The notes beneath the pieces were generated by a model that searched no databases, was not told the DNA's origin, and saw only the letters and a program-made list of their open reading frames with translations. From positions 125,927 to 189,926 of the forward strand of contig JAQUQR010000001.1 in NCBI GenBank assembly GCA_028715985.1: a DNA stretch of 64,000 nt, written 5' to 3'. Source of the DNA: Methanocellales archaeon. GTDB taxonomy: Archaea; Halobacteriota; UBA148. The translations under genes were made by a program, and so were the position numbers. This document shows positions 42,776-54,290 of the stretch, piece by piece. Numbering within the stretch: position 1 is the stretch's first letter; every line of letters begins with the position of its first letter.

Positions 42776-43367
42776 CTATGTTCAATAACTTTCGAATGAC
42801 TTGGCTTATCGAGAGGGAGCAGATAAAATACCAGAAGAGCCATGCGGGCATAAATCGCAGGACCTTGTCAGTTGCCAATATCTTGATACCGTAGAATGGC
42901 AACATGATCGTAGCCTCTGGCTGTAATACGAATATTAGATGATACAGCCAGCCAAATATGGGCAGTGTGACCAACATTGTATATGCCATCGGCTTGAATT
43001 GCTGCTTCATCATCTCGGACTGCATTTGCATCATTTCAGCCCTTTGCCCCTCCAATTTCTTCAGTTTGCTCTTATTCCCCGATAGCTGGGCTTCTCTAAA
43101 CTCCTTTTGGAAAACTTTCATTTGCTCTTGAGCCTTCTTCGTGGTCTCCCAGTTGATGGTATACTTCTGGATGACTGAAACGAATAAACCCGTTATTGCC
43201 GACAATAGTAAAATCAAGATATGGATTGGTAAGGCTGTCAAAGGTCCCAACAGATCGTTCATCATGACTCCTAGCGAATATCGGAATTCTTGACTCGTAA
43301 ACCCGATTATGAGGGCAAATCCTGCAATCAATGCAAACTTATCCAAGTATTCCTTCCACTTGTTCAT
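42768..43367 (-). CDS. DUF106 family membrane protein (archaeal YidC/Oxa1-like insertase).
   Basis: Three TM helices with a coiled-coil loop, located next to secY. Confidence 0.65.
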   Translation of the reverse strand: MNKWKEYLDKFALIAGFALIIGFTSQEFRYSLGVMMNDLLGPLTALPIHILILLLSAITGLFVSVIQKYTINWETTKKAQEQMKVFQKEFREAQLSGNKSKLKKLEGQRAEMMQMQSEMMKQQFKPMAYTMLVTLPIFGWLYHLIFVLQPEATIMLPFYGIKILATDKVLRFMPAWLFWYFICSLSISQVIRKLLNIGA

Positions 43368-44867
43368 CTATTTCTCACCAAAAAATCCTCTCAGCATGGG
43401 ATGCATTTCCATTAGCTGCTCGGATGCCAACTGCTCATACATTCCGTATACGATGCTGACGGTCAGCAAAAGACCGGTTCCACCAGCTTGTCCAACAGTG
43501 CCTGTAAAGCTCGCCAATGCAGCCAATGCGCCGATGAACGCGCCACCAATTATGGTTACCTTGGGTATATATCGGTTCATCACCCTTTCGATGGATGCAG
43601 TATTTTGCCTGAATCCAGGAATTTGCATTCCAGACCTTTGAATTTGTTCTGCCACACTTCTGGGATCCATTCCAGCCGTATCGATCCAGAATAATGCAAA
43701 TACGATGGATCCAAGAATCATGATGATCAGGTAAACGACTATTCTGAGAGCGATCTGCCAGGGGGAGTGCATTGCTACGCTGGGTATCAGCTCAGTTGGG
43801 CTATGTATTGACGAAATATAATACATGATCCCAAAGGTGGCAGTATTTCCATCGTATGCCCCTATCAGTGGGTTATGCCCGACGATTGATAGGTCACTAT
43901 TCCAGAGTAGCATGCCGACCATCTGTATGTTGGCAACAAGGGCCATGATCAGGATTATTGGCAGAACGGAGGCGTAGATCAATTTGACAGGGAATTTGCC
44001 CCTTGCGCCACGCACGGCAGAGTGTGCAAGTGGAATCTCAATTCTTGTGCTTTCGGCATATACGACTATAGCAAAGATAGATATGGTGCCAATCAAAGCC
44101 AGCAATCCACCTCCCATCATCAAGAAGATTAAACCATTTCCGGTGAGCACCCATTCAAAACCCATCGTAGTGAATATCTCGTACCATCTTGGTATCAATC
44201 CAACTGGAAGCATCCCTCCGGTGAACGGATGTATGACGAATGGATCGGGTGCCCAATGAAAAACACCACGTATCAAAGCGCCGGCTACACCAGCAACGAT
44301 AAAAAGGCCGACTCCGGAGCCAATGCCCCATTTCGACACAGTCTCATCCATGAATAGAATGAGAATGCCGCCAATGCATACTTGAATAAAGATCATCGTC
44401 GTTATTACTGTCGGAGATACGCCCAACCTACTTGCTAGCTCTAAATCCGGCATTAAGTAGCCGGCCATTATCTGGGGGAGTGTTGTTAGCGCGATCATGA
44501 CGAACACAAGCGTCTTTTGCATGCCTTGGAATATCGCTTGATCTCTTGGATCAGACAGGTCCAGCTTGATTATATCTGCACCGACGAAAAGTTGCAATAT
44601 GATGGAAGCAGTTACTATCGGGCCTATCCCCAGCAGTATCAGTGAGCCTGATTCCCCGGCCATGATGGTTCGATACATCTCAAATAGGTCCCTTGAATCT
44701 GGATGTAGACCGAATAGGGGTACATTTGAAAGCGCTAGATACAGTATGAGGATGCCAAGAGTCCATAATAACTTGTTTTTGAGATGAACGTGACCTACAG
44801 GTCTTTTTACAGCAGGCAACCTGTTGAAAAATGGTTCCAAGCGATCCTTAATGCCTATCTCGCCCAA
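43368..44867 (-). CDS. secY: Preprotein translocase subunit SecY.
   Basis: 10-TM SecY/Sec61alpha family protein of 499 aa. Confidence 0.9.
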   Translation of the reverse strand: MGEIGIKDRLEPFFNRLPAVKRPVGHVHLKNKLLWTLGILILYLALSNVPLFGLHPDSRDLFEMYRTIMAGESGSLILLGIGPIVTASIILQLFVGADIIKLDLSDPRDQAIFQGMQKTLVFVMIALTTLPQIMAGYLMPDLELASRLGVSPTVITTMIFIQVCIGGILILFMDETVSKWGIGSGVGLFIVAGVAGALIRGVFHWAPDPFVIHPFTGGMLPVGLIPRWYEIFTTMGFEWVLTGNGLIFLMMGGGLLALIGTISIFAIVVYAESTRIEIPLAHSAVRGARGKFPVKLIYASVLPIILIMALVANIQMVGMLLWNSDLSIVGHNPLIGAYDGNTATFGIMYYISSIHSPTELIPSVAMHSPWQIALRIVVYLIIMILGSIVFALFWIDTAGMDPRSVAEQIQRSGMQIPGFRQNTASIERVMNRYIPKVTIIGGAFIGALAALASFTGTVGQAGGTGLLLTVSIVYGMYEQLASEQLMEMHPMLRGFFGEK

Positions 44868-45226
44868 ACCTTACCACCCGTCTTCTCCAATTTAACTTTC
44901 GCAGTTTCAGAAAATTCGCTGGCATTAAGAACGAATTTTTTCGTTACTTGGCCACTGCCCAATACTTTAGCCACTCCCATATCTGCCAAATCTACATAGA
45001 TTAATCCCTGCTCTTCTTTTGCAATCCCCTCGTCAATTAAATAATCCGAGATCTGGTCGAGTTCACCTATGTTAATGGTCCTTTTTTCTTCAATAACCTT
45101 AGGGGGGCGTTTGAATCCATGTGGGGGCTCTCTGTACACTCTGGGTTTAGAGCCTTTTCTGTTATGCCCCATGCCAAATGTTTTTTTACCACGAAATTTC
45201 TTTGTTTTGTCGCGCATAGGTCTCAC
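44855..45226 (-). CDS. rpl15: 50S ribosomal protein L15.
   Basis: L15 family protein. Confidence 0.85.
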   Translation of the reverse strand: MRPMRDKTKKFRGKKTFGMGHNRKGSKPRVYREPPHGFKRPPKVIEEKRTINIGELDQISDYLIDEGIAKEEQGLIYVDLADMGVAKVLGSGQVTKKFVLNASEFSETAKVKLEKTGGKVWAR

Positions 45227-45687
45227 CTCATTTGTTTGAGGAGGTCATTGATTTTCTCACCATAAAATCCAAGCGCTCCTCCTTGCTGAAAACTTTTTTT
45301 AATCCCCCTGTGCCCCCCTCGTGGGGGGTGCAGTCGAAACACTGGCGTGAGCATGGGAAGAGCATCTCTTAGTGACACCTCTCTTTCATAGAGTGCTTTT
45401 GCCAAGCTTTTTATTGAGCTGTAGCTCGTGTTTTCTTTTATATACTTGTCTGTAAGTGGAGTTCCATCTATGAGTTCGCCTCTCGTCCGTAAGATCAATG
45501 CAAACGATTCTTTGCTGACATTACCCCAAGCAACGTAATCCTTCACTTTTTGGATCATCCCTTCATTGTTTGGATTTTCATCTAAGAAAACGCAGTGATT
45601 TACCCTGTTCAAATGTAACATGTGCAGCGTATCTTTTATGTCTGGTTTAAGATTGATGCTTCCCCTTAACATGATCACCGCATACAT
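45223..45687 (-). CDS. rpl30: 50S ribosomal protein L30.
   Basis: Archaeal L30 (L7 family) protein. Confidence 0.85.
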   Translation of the reverse strand: MYAVIMLRGSINLKPDIKDTLHMLHLNRVNHCVFLDENPNNEGMIQKVKDYVAWGNVSKESFALILRTRGELIDGTPLTDKYIKENTSYSSIKSLAKALYEREVSLRDALPMLTPVFRLHPPRGGHRGIKKSFQQGGALGFYGEKINDLLKQMR

Positions 45688-45688
45688 A

Positions 45689-46306
45689 TCACTTAAGCCC
45701 CCTTATGGTCGTAGTTTGTTTTAAAGCTTCATACGTGGCTTTTGCAAAATTTAGCGTGGTTCTAGTTTCCCCTCTAGTAAAAGTCCAAACATCTTTGATA
45801 CCAGCCAACTCCAATACCTTCTTGATGGATTCTCCCGATGCAATTCCGAGTCCTCTAGGTGCTGGTTTAAGCACGACGGTAGCACTACCAACCTTCCCTT
45901 TGACCTCTAATGGGACGGTATGTGGCATACCACAACCGCACTCCCAGGAACCGCAGCCCCTCTGAATCTGTATCAGATTTCGCTTGGCAGCGTTGATCGC
46001 TTTGAGGATAGCAGACCCAACTTGTACATCCCTGCCCTGACCAAGTCCAACATAGCCGTCACAATTACCTACGACGACGGTCACTCTGAATTTGACTCTG
46101 CGCCCAGAATCGGTCATTCGCTGTACCATGTTAACATCTAGGACCTCATCCATTAAGTCTGGCAGAAGGGCATCCACTATCTGATGCTCCTTGATAGGAA
46201 GACCCGATTCAATTGCTCCATTAATAGACTTTATTTTACCTTCTAGGACTAACCTTCCCAGACGGGTCTTAGGGATCCATATCTCCTCATCTATTTCTGT
46301 AGACAT
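45689..46306 (-). CDS. rps5: 30S ribosomal protein S5.
   Basis: S5 dsRBD and C-terminal domain. Confidence 0.85.
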   Translation of the reverse strand: MSTEIDEEIWIPKTRLGRLVLEGKIKSINGAIESGLPIKEHQIVDALLPDLMDEVLDVNMVQRMTDSGRRVKFRVTVVVGNCDGYVGLGQGRDVQVGSAILKAINAAKRNLIQIQRGCGSWECGCGMPHTVPLEVKGKVGSATVVLKPAPRGLGIASGESIKKVLELAGIKDVWTFTRGETRTTLNFAKATYEALKQTTTIRGLK

Positions 46307-46771
46307 CTACTCACCTTGAGTGCTCAGCATTTTTTCTTTGATAGCATCAAAGGATACGGTAATGTTCTTGATTCGTTCCTCAGGCGGAAACATGACCGGA
46401 TCATGCGGGATGCTCATGCCTGCATCGGTAATGCCCTTTAGCGTAGCATAAATTTTTGAGCCCGGAGATGACGTCTGTAGTCCAATATCCAGCACGGCCT
46501 CCTTTGCTATCTTTTTTGCTCTAAGGCCGAATAACAACCCAGTTAAGTATGCAGCAGATGTGTTTCCGGTTCTATTAAGCCCAAACTTTTTTAGCTCAGA
46601 GGAAATTACAGACAATCGTGTGACATCCCCCTGCTCGCCTGGATAAACTAGTTGCACGACTATATGCTTTAGGCTCTTTCGCACCACAACCCGTGGTTTT
46701 TGTGATAACAACAATTTAAGCCTCTGCCTAAAATTCGTCTTTCCTTCCTTTCTTCTCCTAAATTTTGTCAT
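46307..46771 (-). CDS. rpl18: 50S ribosomal protein L18.
   Basis: L18p/L5e family protein. Confidence 0.85.
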   Translation of the reverse strand: MTKFRRRKEGKTNFRQRLKLLLSQKPRVVVRKSLKHIVVQLVYPGEQGDVTRLSVISSELKKFGLNRTGNTSAAYLTGLLFGLRAKKIAKEAVLDIGLQTSSPGSKIYATLKGITDAGMSIPHDPVMFPPEERIKNITVSFDAIKEKMLSTQGE

Positions 46772-46773
46772 GC

Positions 46774-47229
46774 CTAACTCCTTTTGGTTTTCAGATGGGC
46801 ATCTAGGTGAGAGACATCCCGAAACTCCCCACTTGTGGCCCTACCATATAGTTTTCTGTACATACTTGCATCTATTGTGCCCTCTTCTCTGAGTGTTTTA
46901 AGCCTCTTTCGAAGAGCCCTAATCTTGTTCATCCATCTCTCTTTCCCCGGCATCCTGGCTCCCTTTGCACCCCGACGACTGCCGTGTCCTTTTTGATGTC
47001 CATATGCTCTCTTTTTATCTTTTGTACGTGTTCTGCCACGGCTTATGCCCTTCTGAAGTTTTCGTTTAATGATTCCTGTGGCGATCAGTTTCCGAATATC
47101 CTCTCTCGTGATCGCTGTAGATATATCCTCCGCTTTTTCAGCATCCATCCACACTTTCCCAATGCCAACACCAAGAATATCAGCAGCCATTCTCCTTTGA
47201 TTAGACAGGTCCATCTCACTCCCTCGCAA
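46774..47229 (-). CDS. rpl19e: 50S ribosomal protein L19e.
   Basis: L19e family protein. Confidence 0.85.
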   Translation of the reverse strand: MRGSEMDLSNQRRMAADILGVGIGKVWMDAEKAEDISTAITREDIRKLIATGIIKRKLQKGISRGRTRTKDKKRAYGHQKGHGSRRGAKGARMPGKERWMNKIRALRKRLKTLREEGTIDASMYRKLYGRATSGEFRDVSHLDAHLKTKRS

Positions 47230-47806
47230 TCGGATTTAACACTTTGATGCCGAATTCTTCCGCTTTTTCCTCTATGTCCAGTCGTTTCTTTTTCCCAACA
47301 CTGCTACCGATTCGAATCGCTTGGTTTGTTTCGTTAATATTTTCAACGTCTTTTGGACGATGCACCAAGACCTCTTCATAGCCAGATGGATGTAATCCTC
47401 TCACTTCTTTAGGACTGCCATACCCTATTTGGACCATTGCACCTTTTGCAGCAATTCTTTTACGCAACTTGTTATGCATACCTATGGGGCGTCTCCAACT
47501 TTCATCAATCTTCTTTTTCTTATGCGAGTCGTGGCGTCTAAAAGATGGTTTTTTACCTTTCTGTCGCTTTCTGACCTTGAGGAGATGCTCTTTTTCGTCT
47601 GAGAGACTTTTTTTGGCTCCAACTGCCCTTTTTATGCTCTCTGCCAGCGATAGGCTAATGCCTTTTACAGCAGTGAGATCCTCTATCGAAGCTCTTCGAA
47701 TGTCATCAACGGACTTAAATCCGGATTGATAGAGCGCCATAGCTTTAGCCTTGCCAAGTCCTTTTATCTTGGGAAGCTCCCCTATCATTTCGTCCATTGC
47801 GACCAC
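47216..47806 (-). CDS. rpl32e: 50S ribosomal protein L32e, with an N-terminal extension.
   Basis: L32e core preceded by an HhH-like extension. Confidence 0.8.
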   Translation of the reverse strand: MVAMDEMIGELPKIKGLGKAKAMALYQSGFKSVDDIRRASIEDLTAVKGISLSLAESIKRAVGAKKSLSDEKEHLLKVRKRQKGKKPSFRRHDSHKKKKIDESWRRPIGMHNKLRKRIAAKGAMVQIGYGSPKEVRGLHPSGYEEVLVHRPKDVENINETNQAIRIGSSVGKKKRLDIEEKAEEFGIKVLNPIARE

Positions 47807-48324
47807 CCCACCATGTAGATGCCGTCTTGGAAGACTCTGGAATCACGCTTTTTGATGCGGGTTGCCTGCTCTATGTTCGCAGCAGTTTGAGCCACCAATT
47901 CCTTGTCTATGCCTCTTACAAAAATCTCATCATTGTCGACATGTACCTCCACGTTGGGGATAATCTTTGCTTTTCTTGGCTTTCTTTCACCTAAAAAGTT
48001 GCCAATTGAAAGCGTGTTTCCTTCGACTTTAACTTGGATTGGAAAGTGGGCATATACTATCTTTAATTTATATTCGAATCCCTTCGTTACACCCATAATC
48101 ATGTTTTTGATGTGCGAGACAAATGTACCTACAATTGCGTTTTGGGCTCTGCCGACAACTGTGGTATCTACGACGACTTTTGAATCCTTTTTTGTGATCG
48201 TAACTCCAGGATACACAAACTCGCGTTGCAACTCGCCCTTGGGACCCGATACCTTCACCCTGCACTCTTCAATGCTTATTTTTGTGTCGTCTGGGATTGA
48301 AATGTCAATTTTTTCCTCTGTCAT
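47785..48324 (-). CDS. rpl6: 50S ribosomal protein L6.
   Basis: L6 two-domain family protein. Confidence 0.85.
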   Translation of the reverse strand: MTEEKIDISIPDDTKISIEECRVKVSGPKGELQREFVYPGVTITKKDSKVVVDTTVVGRAQNAIVGTFVSHIKNMIMGVTKGFEYKLKIVYAHFPIQVKVEGNTLSIGNFLGERKPRKAKIIPNVEVHVDNDEIFVRGIDKELVAQTAANIEQATRIKKRDSRVFQDGIYMVGWSQWTK

Positions 48325-48330
48325 CCTACA

Positions 48331-48711
48331 TCACCACACATATGCGAGCAGTGCTCCACCGATACCTTTTTCCTTGGCTTTATAATGGGGGATTACACCT
48401 TCAGAAGTCGTAAGAATTAGGGTACCAAAGTCTCTGGCAGGCAGGAATTGTTTTTCCCATTTTTCGAAATCCGTCTTTCGGACAGAAAATCGCGGCTTTA
48501 TAACCCCACATTTGTTGATTTTGCCATGTAATTGTACTTTAAATAATCCTTCATCATCGATGAACTCAAAACTTCTGATGTATCCCTGGTCTTGCATGAC
48601 CTTGAGCACACTGCCAATGAGCTTTGACGCTTTCAGTACACACTCTTGTTTTCCGATATTTTCAGCATTCTTGATCGTTGATAACGCACTAGCAAGGGAA
48701 TCTAACGCCAT
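48331..48711 (-). CDS. rps8: 30S ribosomal protein S8.
   Basis: S8 family protein. Confidence 0.85.
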   Translation of the reverse strand: MALDSLASALSTIKNAENIGKQECVLKASKLIGSVLKVMQDQGYIRSFEFIDDEGLFKVQLHGKINKCGVIKPRFSVRKTDFEKWEKQFLPARDFGTLILTTSEGVIPHYKAKEKGIGGALLAYVW

Positions 48712-48720
48712 ATAACTACC

Positions 48721-48861
48721 TCAACTATATTTTTTGAACCCCATATCTGGTGCAATCTCTCTGAAGCATTGTCTACATAGGTAAATGTTGTATTTTCTGA
48801 CCAATCCCTGTTTTCTGCCACACCTCTTACAGGAATTTGCACCGCGCCCGAATTTTTTCAT
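48721..48861 (-). CDS. rps14: 30S ribosomal protein S14 (type Z, zinc-binding).
   Basis: Manually translated 46 aa [46 protein letters not shown] with CxxC..CxxC. It is below the ORF-track cutoff and sits in the expected slot between S8 and L5. Confidence 0.8.
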   Translation of the reverse strand: MKKFGRGANSCKRCGRKQGLVRKYNIYLCRQCFREIAPDMGFKKYS

Positions 48862-49361
48862 ATTACCCCCACACCGAACTCTTCCTTGACAAACGTGATC
48901 ACTTCCTCTTTGGTCAATCTATGGCTCCTTGGAATTTTTCTTCTTTGAATCCGTCTTCTACTTATCCTGTAGCCTGGTCGCTGTAAAACAACGTTGATAT
49001 CCATACCAAATATGCCGATATCAGGGTCATACTCCATACCGGGAAAATCCGTATGCTCCTCGATGCCAAATGAAAAGTTACCCATATCATCAAACTGTTG
49101 CAGGTAAATTTTATTATCCTTTATCTCAAATGCCTTTTTCAAAAAATCTTCAGCCTTTTTCTTCCTGAGCGTTACCTTGCAACCAATTGGCTCGCCCTTT
49201 TTTATCCCAAATGTTTTTGCATTACTTGCGGTGGTTCGAACTGGTTTTTGACCAGTTATCTCCTCCATTATTTTCTCGGCGTTCAGCAATCTTTGACCAC
49301 CCTCACCTAAACACATATTGACCGTGACTTTATCGATTTTTATGCACCGCATGGGATTCAT
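48858..49361 (-). CDS. rpl5: 50S ribosomal protein L5.
   Basis: L5 family protein. Confidence 0.85.
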   Translation of the reverse strand: MNPMRCIKIDKVTVNMCLGEGGQRLLNAEKIMEEITGQKPVRTTASNAKTFGIKKGEPIGCKVTLRKKKAEDFLKKAFEIKDNKIYLQQFDDMGNFSFGIEEHTDFPGMEYDPDIGIFGMDINVVLQRPGYRISRRRIQRRKIPRSHRLTKEEVITFVKEEFGVGVI

Positions 49362-50089
49362 TTAACCACCTCTAAGTCGATCTCTGGCTTGTCGATACCG
49401 ACGACGAAAACATAATCTTCTACAACCTCAAATTCTTTTTCGCCTTTAACGGTCACCATATTTGGTTTGGAGCTCCTAACTTCTTTTCTCTCTTTGATGG
49501 AGCCAATCTCTCCCGAATGTTTGCCGCCGATAACCATGACAAGATTTCCCGGTTTACACTCAAGATGTTTTGTTATTTCCCGCTGAGGCACTTTTAGCAG
49601 GATAGAGTCACCAGTCTTATAGTCGTTTGAAGCGATAATATTTGAGCCATCATGCAGGTTAAGTTGAACTGCCCCTCCTTTTACAGTTGTTTTGTTTTTA
49701 ATCTTGCATAGTTTGATGTCTGAACGTTTAATTGGGTGGAGAATGAAGCGTCTTTTAGGATCAAGTAATACCCTGTAATATTTCTTTATAGATGGGATGG
49801 AGACTATGCTGAAGATGCCTATTGGAAACCGACGATCCTTTCTAATCACACCATCGACAAGGATCCCTCCCTCATTTAAGATATGTTTGATCTCTCTGGT
49901 ATTTTGACCAAGCCCCAACATATCTCTCAATGCTATGATCAAAGGAATGCATTGTTCCTTTGAGTGAGGACCAGAACTCGGTCTAGTAACCCATACGTGT
50001 GTTTTTCTGGTTATTGGCCAGGAAGTAGGTGCTGGTAATCTTTTTTGATGCATTTGTTCACCTCTTAAGGAGGTCCTTTCGGAGCTCAT
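49358..50089 (-). CDS. rps4e: 30S ribosomal protein S4e.
   Basis: S4e family protein. Confidence 0.85.
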   Translation of the reverse strand: MSSERTSLRGEQMHQKRLPAPTSWPITRKTHVWVTRPSSGPHSKEQCIPLIIALRDMLGLGQNTREIKHILNEGGILVDGVIRKDRRFPIGIFSIVSIPSIKKYYRVLLDPKRRFILHPIKRSDIKLCKIKNKTTVKGGAVQLNLHDGSNIIASNDYKTGDSILLKVPQREITKHLECKPGNLVMVIGGKHSGEIGSIKERKEVRSSKPNMVTVKGEKEFEVVEDYVFVVGIDKPEIDLEVVK

Positions 50090-50411
50090 CTTTCAGGTTT
50101 AATTTCGTAATAACGACCTTGGAGGGGTAGATCGGTTTTGCGATCTCGGATCCATCTGCTTTTTTTAGAGTAACGCCATCGATGGTTACAATGCCGCGCT
50201 TTAGGTCCACGTTCTGGACTTTGCCCTCTGTGCCAGCATGGTCCCCTCGCACCACTCTCACGACATCGCCTTTTATAACTCTTGCGTTACGTTTGGAGTA
50301 TTTTTTCCTTTCCTCCTCATCAAGTGGTGCTCTTAAGAATTTTTGTCGCTGGTGTAAAGGTGCACTCATCCTTTCGCGGCGTTGCTTCCTTGGCTGTTTA
50401 GATTTGAGCAT
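50058..50411 (-). CDS. rpl24: 50S ribosomal protein L24.
   Basis: KOW-domain L24 protein. Confidence 0.85.
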   Translation of the reverse strand: MLKSKQPRKQRRERMSAPLHQRQKFLRAPLDEEERKKYSKRNARVIKGDVVRVVRGDHAGTEGKVQNVDLKRGIVTIDGVTLKKADGSEIAKPIYPSKVVITKLNLKDELRKDLLKR

Positions 50412-50430
50412 TTTGATACACCATATCCTA

Positions 50431-50829
50431 TCATATTATCATAGTTGCAGTTGATGCAATCTTCGAGAAGCGTTCGGCTACCTCTTTGGCTACAGGCCCT
50501 TTAATATCTGTGCCTTTTAGCTCCCCTTTTTCGTCTGTAAGCACGGCCGCATTTTCATCGAATTTAACTCTCAGGCCATTTGGACGTCTAAATTCCTTCT
50601 TCTGCCTGACGATCACTGCACGAAGTATTTGTTTTCTCAGCTCAGGAGTGCCCTTCTTAACTGAAACGACGACCATTTCTCCGAGACCAGCCTTTGGATA
50701 TCGTCTCTTGACGCCTCTATAACCAATGACTGAGATGACTTGGAGAACCTTTGCACCTGTGTTGTCAACACACTTTAGTGAAGTTCCGGTTTGAATGGAG
50801 CGGGGGATACTAGCTTTCATTGCCTTCAT
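50431..50829 (-). CDS. rpl14: 50S ribosomal protein L14.
   Basis: L14 family protein. Confidence 0.85.
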   Translation of the reverse strand: MKAMKASIPRSIQTGTSLKCVDNTGAKVLQVISVIGYRGVKRRYPKAGLGEMVVVSVKKGTPELRKQILRAVIVRQKKEFRRPNGLRVKFDENAAVLTDEKGELKGTDIKGPVAKEVAERFSKIASTATMII

Positions 50830-50830
50830 A

Positions 50831-51151
50831 TTACATCACCTGAATTATCACAAAGCTCTTTGTCTTGCTCAATGGGCGACACTCAGCTATCTTCACCACA
50901 TCGCCCTCCTTAGCAGCTATGCAAGGGGGGTTATGTGCATTGATCTTTGACCGCCTACTCTCTTGTCGCAAGTATTTCGAAGATTTTCTGGTATATTCTC
51001 GCTGTACAACGGCCGTCTTTTTTATCTTAGAACTGACCACTCTCCCCTCTAAAAGTTGCCCTCTAACGGGAAGAATGCCATGGAATGGGCAATTCGGATC
51101 ATCACATTCTTTTTCGGGTATGGTTACATTCAGTCCAATATCTCTTACCAT
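50831..51151 (-). CDS. rps17: 30S ribosomal protein S17.
   Basis: S17 family protein. Confidence 0.85.
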   Translation of the reverse strand: MVRDIGLNVTIPEKECDDPNCPFHGILPVRGQLLEGRVVSSKIKKTAVVQREYTRKSSKYLRQESRRSKINAHNPPCIAAKEGDVVKIAECRPLSKTKSFVIIQVM

Positions 51152-51420
51152 CGTTTGCCCCCTCTTAATCTTCTTTTTATTCTATCTTCTGGCCTTGAAA
51201 CTAGGAGTTTACCATCGACTTTGACCTTGTTATTCGGAATAGAAAAGACGAATGTCGAGCATGACTTCGGGATTTTTTTATTTTCTATCACAAGAAGGTT
51301 TCTCGTCTCATCCACGACTTTCCCCTTTATCCCCACTAGGCTGGAGTTCGTGCTGGCGCTGACTTCTGCGAAAAGTCCGATCAACTCATGAAAGATTAGG
51401 TTATTTGGAGAAATGTCCAT
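51145..51420 (-). CDS. rnp1: RNase P protein component 1 (Rpp29).
   Basis: 91 aa Rpp29 fold in the conserved archaeal position between L29 and S17. Confidence 0.75.
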   Translation of the reverse strand: MDISPNNLIFHELIGLFAEVSASTNSSLVGIKGKVVDETRNLLVIENKKIPKSCSTFVFSIPNNKVKVDGKLLVSRPEDRIKRRLRGGKRW

Positions 51421-51627
51421 TTATGCTTCCTCCTGCTCTCGTTGTATAGTCTTAATTCTGGCTATTGTGCGCCTTATCTCTCGAATTCTGCCGGGATTAT
51501 CTGGCGCTCCACCTGCAGAGGCGATGGCTCTCTCTCGAATGAGCTCGTCCGTAAGCTTAACCAACTGCTCTCTTTTTTCTTCGGGTGTCATTTCTCTGAT
51601 CTCATCAGGCCTTAATATCGCCATCAC
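51421..51627 (-). CDS. rpl29: 50S ribosomal protein L29.
   Basis: L29 family protein. Confidence 0.85.
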   Translation of the reverse strand: MMAILRPDEIREMTPEEKREQLVKLTDELIRERAIASAGGAPDNPGRIREIRRTIARIKTIQREQEEA

Positions 51628-52430
51628 TTGTCACCTTTGACTTTGGATTTTTTAGATGCCTTTTTTTGGGGTTTTGTTTTAGGCTTTTTATGCTCTTCTT
51701 TAACTCCTTTATTTTCACCTTCTGACTCTTTTACTTCTGAACTCTCCTTCTCAGGCATATCTGTGACTTTGGCGAGCTTTTCAACTCCTTCTGTATCCTT
51801 GTCCATCTTTTTTGGAGCCTCTTCTATGGTCTTCTCCCTATCGATCACGTTGAAGTCATCTGGCAACTCTACGCCGGGGGGTACTATCCTAACCTTGATC
51901 CCGATAACGCCAAGTTTCTTTATTGCAATCGCATAGCCCTCATCAACTATCTGTTCAACTGACTCTCCAGCGTGCTTTATGTATCCTGCCAGAAATTTTT
52001 CCACTCTTTTTCTAGGGCCGGTGAGTTTTCCAGTTATTCTAATCTCGCATCCCAGTGCACCTGCATTCATGATTCTTTGCAACGTGGCTCTACCTGCTTT
52101 TCGGAAATACCATCCTCTTTCTAATGCACTAGCAAGACCTGTTGCCATCATTTGTGCATTTAACTCTGGCTTTTCAACCTCTTGTACATCGATTTGTGGG
52201 TTGTCCAAATTGAACTGGGTATTTAGGTCCTCCGTAAGCTTGCGTATGGTTTTCCCCGATCTTCCGATGATCATTCCCGGCTTTTCGGCATAGATGGTGA
52301 TCTGTGTCCCCATCGGAGTCCTGATTATGTTCATTCCACCATAACTAGATCTGGTCAGTCTTTTCGTGAAACATTCGTTCATCATGGCTTTTTTTAAACC
52401 CTCTTGAACGAACTTCTTTTCAATAGCCAT
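51624..52430 (-). CDS. rps3: 30S ribosomal protein S3.
   Basis: KH domain plus S3 C-terminal domain, with a Lys-rich tail. Confidence 0.85.
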   Translation of the reverse strand: MAIEKKFVQEGLKKAMMNECFTKRLTRSSYGGMNIIRTPMGTQITIYAEKPGMIIGRSGKTIRKLTEDLNTQFNLDNPQIDVQEVEKPELNAQMMATGLASALERGWYFRKAGRATLQRIMNAGALGCEIRITGKLTGPRKRVEKFLAGYIKHAGESVEQIVDEGYAIAIKKLGVIGIKVRIVPPGVELPDDFNVIDREKTIEEAPKKMDKDTEGVEKLAKVTDMPEKESSEVKESEGENKGVKEEHKKPKTKPQKKASKKSKVKGDK

Positions 52431-52891
52431 TAGTGCACCTCTTCTAAGATTATTTCGATATTCACAGTTTCACCATGCTTTGGCGTAGTCCGACCCATCG
52501 CCCGTGGAAAAAAACCCTCGATGACTCGCCCTCTTTTGGCAGATATGTGCAGGATTTGCATGTGTTCCGGATCAAGACCTTTGTATTCGGCATTGCTCTG
52601 AGCATTCTTGACGAGTCTTAGGATTTCAAAGGCGGCTTTTTGGGGATACCGTCCTGCATCCCATTTATGTAATCCCCTTCTATGGCCTACGTTTCTATTA
52701 TGCCGCTTGAACGGAACGGGCCTCTTTAATGCAATTACATCCTCTAGATATTCCCTCGCTTGGGAGATACGCATAGCCTTTAGCTCGCGGCAAATCTCCC
52801 TCGCATGTTTTGGCGAGATTTTAACCTCGTAACACATGGCCTTTGCCGTCGTATCCGACTTTATACCTAGGGAATAATTTATTTTTGCCAT
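52430..52891 (-). CDS. rpl22: 50S ribosomal protein L22.
   Basis: L22 family protein. Confidence 0.85.
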   Translation of the reverse strand: MAKINYSLGIKSDTTAKAMCYEVKISPKHAREICRELKAMRISQAREYLEDVIALKRPVPFKRHNRNVGHRRGLHKWDAGRYPQKAAFEILRLVKNAQSNAEYKGLDPEHMQILHISAKRGRVIEGFFPRAMGRTTPKHGETVNIEIILEEVH

Positions 52892-52895
52892 TTAA

Positions 52896-53306
52896 TCACT
52901 TCAGCGGCACATATCTACTGGACCTTGTCGCACCGATGCCAGCGCTTCCATGCGTAACCTTCTTACGTGTTAGGGCGAACTCTCCCAGATAATGCCCAAT
53001 CATCTCTGGTAAAATCTCCACACGATTGAAGTTTTTACCATCGTGTATCTCAAAGGGTAAACCGACCATCTCTGGCAATATGATCATGTCTCTTAAATGG
53101 GTTCTTATCACTTTTCCTTTCTGGATTCGCTGCAATAATTTCTTATGGGTTTCTGGGAGACCTCTCTTGAGGACACGTCGCTGTCTTGCTGGGAGCAACT
53201 CAGCTATCTGCTCCAAATTCATCTTTTTTAATTCATCAATTCCATAACCGCGATATTTGAATTCTTCTTTTCTTCTCGGTATTCTTGCTTCCTTATCCTT
53301 GGCCAT
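52896..53306 (-). CDS. rps19: 30S ribosomal protein S19.
   Basis: S19 family protein. Confidence 0.85.
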   Translation of the reverse strand: MAKDKEARIPRRKEEFKYRGYGIDELKKMNLEQIAELLPARQRRVLKRGLPETHKKLLQRIQKGKVIRTHLRDMIILPEMVGLPFEIHDGKNFNRVEILPEMIGHYLGEFALTRKKVTHGSAGIGATRSSRYVPLK

Positions 53307-53321
53307 GCTATCATAATCCCC

Positions 53322-54035
53322 CTATCGTTTTCCTGTTCTCCTAGCTGCGATAGACCCTACTTTCATCCCTGGTGGGGCCCCCCTGCCCACAGTCTTTGGC
53401 CTTCCTGGATGTTGGCTCCCCCCTCCCCCAAACGGGTGGTCAATAACGTTCATTGCAACACCCCTTACTCGTGGATACTTTCCCGCCCGTGCCTTCATTT
53501 TATGGTACTTTTTGCCCGCTTTGACGAACGGCTTATCGACTCTTCCACCGCCGGCGACGACGCCGATAGTTGCCTTACATCTTGGATTTAGCCACTTTAT
53601 TTCTCCACTTGGTAATTGCACGACTGTCTGATGGACATCATGGGCCACCAGAATGCCATATACTCCTGATGATCTTGCGAAAGAGCCACCATTTCCTGGT
53701 TGACTCTCTATATTACATATCGGAACCCCCTCAGGAATTTCTGCCAGAGGCAATGTGTTGCCTTGTTTTATCTCTGCGGATATACCACATGCAATGTCAT
53801 CGCCTACAGCCACACCCTCGGGTATGAGGAGGAATCGCTCCGTATCATTATCGAGCCTGACTCTAGCTATGGGGGCGCTCCTAGCAGGGTCATGCTCTAT
53901 GCCAACAATTGTGCCCTTCACAGTTTCTCCTTCATCTGTTTTTACATGCTGGAGGTCTGCCTTGTATTTGTGAGACGGAGCCCTATATGTGGGAGTCCCT
54001 TTCCCCCTATTCTGAGATATTACTTGCTTCCCCAT
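53322..54035 (-). CDS. rpl2: 50S ribosomal protein L2.
   Basis: L2 family protein. Confidence 0.9.
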   Translation of the reverse strand: MGKQVISQNRGKGTPTYRAPSHKYKADLQHVKTDEGETVKGTIVGIEHDPARSAPIARVRLDNDTERFLLIPEGVAVGDDIACGISAEIKQGNTLPLAEIPEGVPICNIESQPGNGGSFARSSGVYGILVAHDVHQTVVQLPSGEIKWLNPRCKATIGVVAGGGRVDKPFVKAGKKYHKMKARAGKYPRVRGVAMNVIDHPFGGGGSQHPGRPKTVGRGAPPGMKVGSIAARRTGKR

Positions 54036-54047
54036 GTTTTTTCACCT

Positions 54048-54290
54048 TTAAAAGACCCCCAACCTCGTTGCAATTTCTTCCGCAGAATCATCCGGCGATA
54101 GAGTGACAATGGCCTTTTTCCCTTTTTTAGTAATCATCGTTTTAACATCTATCACTGTTACCCCATATTTTTCCTCGATCTCCTTTCTGATTTGATCTTT
54201 CGTTGACCTCATATCTATTATAAATTGAAGCTTGTTCCCAGCATCAATTCCTAAGGATGCTTTTTCAGTTACATAGGGGTGTCTGATCAT
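54048..54290 (-). CDS. rpl23: 50S ribosomal protein L23.
   Basis: L23 family protein. Confidence 0.85.
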   Translation of the reverse strand: MIRHPYVTEKASLGIDAGNKLQFIIDMRSTKDQIRKEIEEKYGVTVIDVKTMITKKGKKAIVTLSPDDSAEEIATRLGVF

